A stretch of DNA of 64,000 bases, taken from Sphyrna mokarran (lineage: Eukaryota). Numbering within the stretch: position 1 is the first letter of the stretch; every line of letters starts with the position of its first letter. A model generated the notes under the pieces. That model searched no databases and was not told the DNA's origin. It worked only from the letters and a program-made list of their open reading frames with translations. Shown piece after piece: positions 62,641-64,000 of this stretch. The stretch covers positions 21,266,001 through 21,330,000 of the forward strand of contig JAGIQG010000018.1 in assembly GCA_024679065.1 (NCBI GenBank). The letters are read 5' to 3'. Made by a program: the position numbers and the translations under genes.

Positions 62641-62839
62641 GTAAGAAGTCTTGACAACACCAGGTTTAAGTCCAACCGATTTATTTGATAGTAAACTCAC
62701 AAGCTTTTGAGGCTGTTCTCTTCGAAGAGAGTTTACTAGCTTGTGAGTTTACTATCAAATAAATTGGTTGGACTTAAACTTGGTGTTGTCACACTTCTTA
62801 CCGTGTTTACCCCAGTCCAACACCGGCATCTCTACATCA
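62641..62839 (+). mobile_element. Penelope-derived foldback mini-element with 14-bp target site duplication
   Basis: Inverted arms 62641-62705 and 62738-62801; TGTAATGATGCATG duplicated at 62627-62640 and 62840-62853. Confidence 0.85.
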
Positions 62840-63599
62840 TGTAATGATGCATGCTCAGAGATTTCACCACAAACATAAAAGTTATTTATTGACAAGGAAA
62901 AATTGTAGAGACTGGCAGCCCATTGGCTATCTCTGACCCTATATATCTTTTAGATGTCTTTCACCCAAGATGGGACTCCACCCCCTCGGGTGATTACTCA
63001 CTCTCAGCCACTATTAGTTCCTTAAGCCAGATGACCATTTTCTGCCGTGTTGCCCTTCCAGGGATAATCACGATCACCACACGATGACGTTTCTAGAGAG
63101 TCTAGGAATCAAATCGATAAAACAATTGTGAACAGTTTATACAACACTCCAGATAAAGAAATCCTAAAGGGGGAATTGAAAATCCTGGATGCTGGATTAT
63201 TTGTTAAAAGTGGAATGGAAGCTTTGTTTAAAAGATTCATTTGGAAAATCTAGATTGGATTTTGGAATGCAGACTGCTGATGGAAAACATAGTTGTGCAA
63301 AAATATTTTTGAGAGGAGTTTGGAAATTTTCATGTAACAATCACCTGGGAGGATTCTGAGGAGAAATCCACTGACACTAACTCGGGTTCAGAGTGGAGTA
63401 TGTGGTTTGGTACAGCCAGTCCATGTTTTTAAAGGGACTTTGTGTTATGAGACCATAATATCAACTGTTATTGTAACAGTACCATTAGAAACAAGCTGTG
63501 CAATTCTGCAAAGATTACTGGTAGGTCAAAAGACTGAGGAAAAAGTGTGGGATTACAGGGATAGGGCCTGTGTAAAATACTCTGTTAGAGAGTTGGTGC

Positions 63600-63985
63600 A
63601 GATTCAATGACTTAAATGACCTCCTGTACTGTAGGGATTCTATGATGTAGAAACCACCAAAGGATGACTTTAGGGAAAAATTTGAGTATGACAGAAAACT
63701 AACATGCAATATAAAAACAAGCAGTAAAAGCTCCTACAAAGTTTAGGAAAATAAATGAGTATTATTTTCTTAAACAGTGAAAATAATAAATGAGGAATGG
63801 CAGAGACATTGAACAAGTATTTTCTATCTATCATCACAGAAGACACAAAAAAAATCTCAAGAATGGTGGAAAAGCAAGAGCAAAAGGGAGAGAAGACAAT
63901 CACTAGAGAAAAAGTACTAGTAATACTAATGGGACTGAAGATTGTCAAGTCCACTGACACTGATGGCCTGCCTTCTGGCTGAGTG
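63600..63985 (+). mobile_element. CR1 fragments
   Basis: CTGTAGGGATTCTATGAT tail, then MAETLNKYFLS...LMGLKIVKS. Confidence 0.7.
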
Positions 63986-64000
63986 TATTGGCAAGGATCT

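Noticed and set aside
62627-63081. Possible solo LTR (TGT...ACA) hosting the foldback element
   Set aside because: I could find no target site duplication or second copy in the window to support the boundaries.
50500-64000. Mostly same-strand transposon fragments as a possible piRNA cluster
   Set aside because: The orientation bias is incomplete and the repeat density is similar to the MPRIP introns. It cannot be supported without small-RNA data.

Overview
This is vertebrate genomic DNA, very probably from a shark or other cartilaginous fish. That assignment is inferred from the HE1-type V-SINEs, CR1/HER1-like LINEs, Penelope-like elements and a Deu-domain SINE. It is not a prokaryotic locus. 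The + strand carries the 3' part of MPRIP: ten intact coding exons from 7282 to the stop at 36106, plus the homolog of the ~3.85 kb alternatively spliced giant coiled-coil exon (14913-18759), which here has many stops and frameshifts. Facing it on the - strand is the complete two-exon PLD6 (mitoPLD/Zucchini, piRNA endonuclease; CDS 50338-49927 and 43529-43294, about 215 aa). This is the same MPRIP/PLD6 arrangement known from human 17p11.2. The PLD6 intron contains a ~4.5 kb G-rich minisatellite. The rest is mostly nested transposon debris (CR1, L2, Gypsy, Penelope, SINEs). Best leads: the decayed giant exon inside an otherwise intact gene, the G4-prone array in PLD6, a candidate micro-exon whose stop codon forms across a splice junction, a GC-AG intron, Penelope-type minimal hammerhead ribozymes with a related foldback mini-element, and a locally templated duplication flanking PLD6 exon 1. 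I found no evidence of a wholly new multi-gene system. Gene and family names come from my recall of homologs, not from a database search. Transposon boundaries are approximate.
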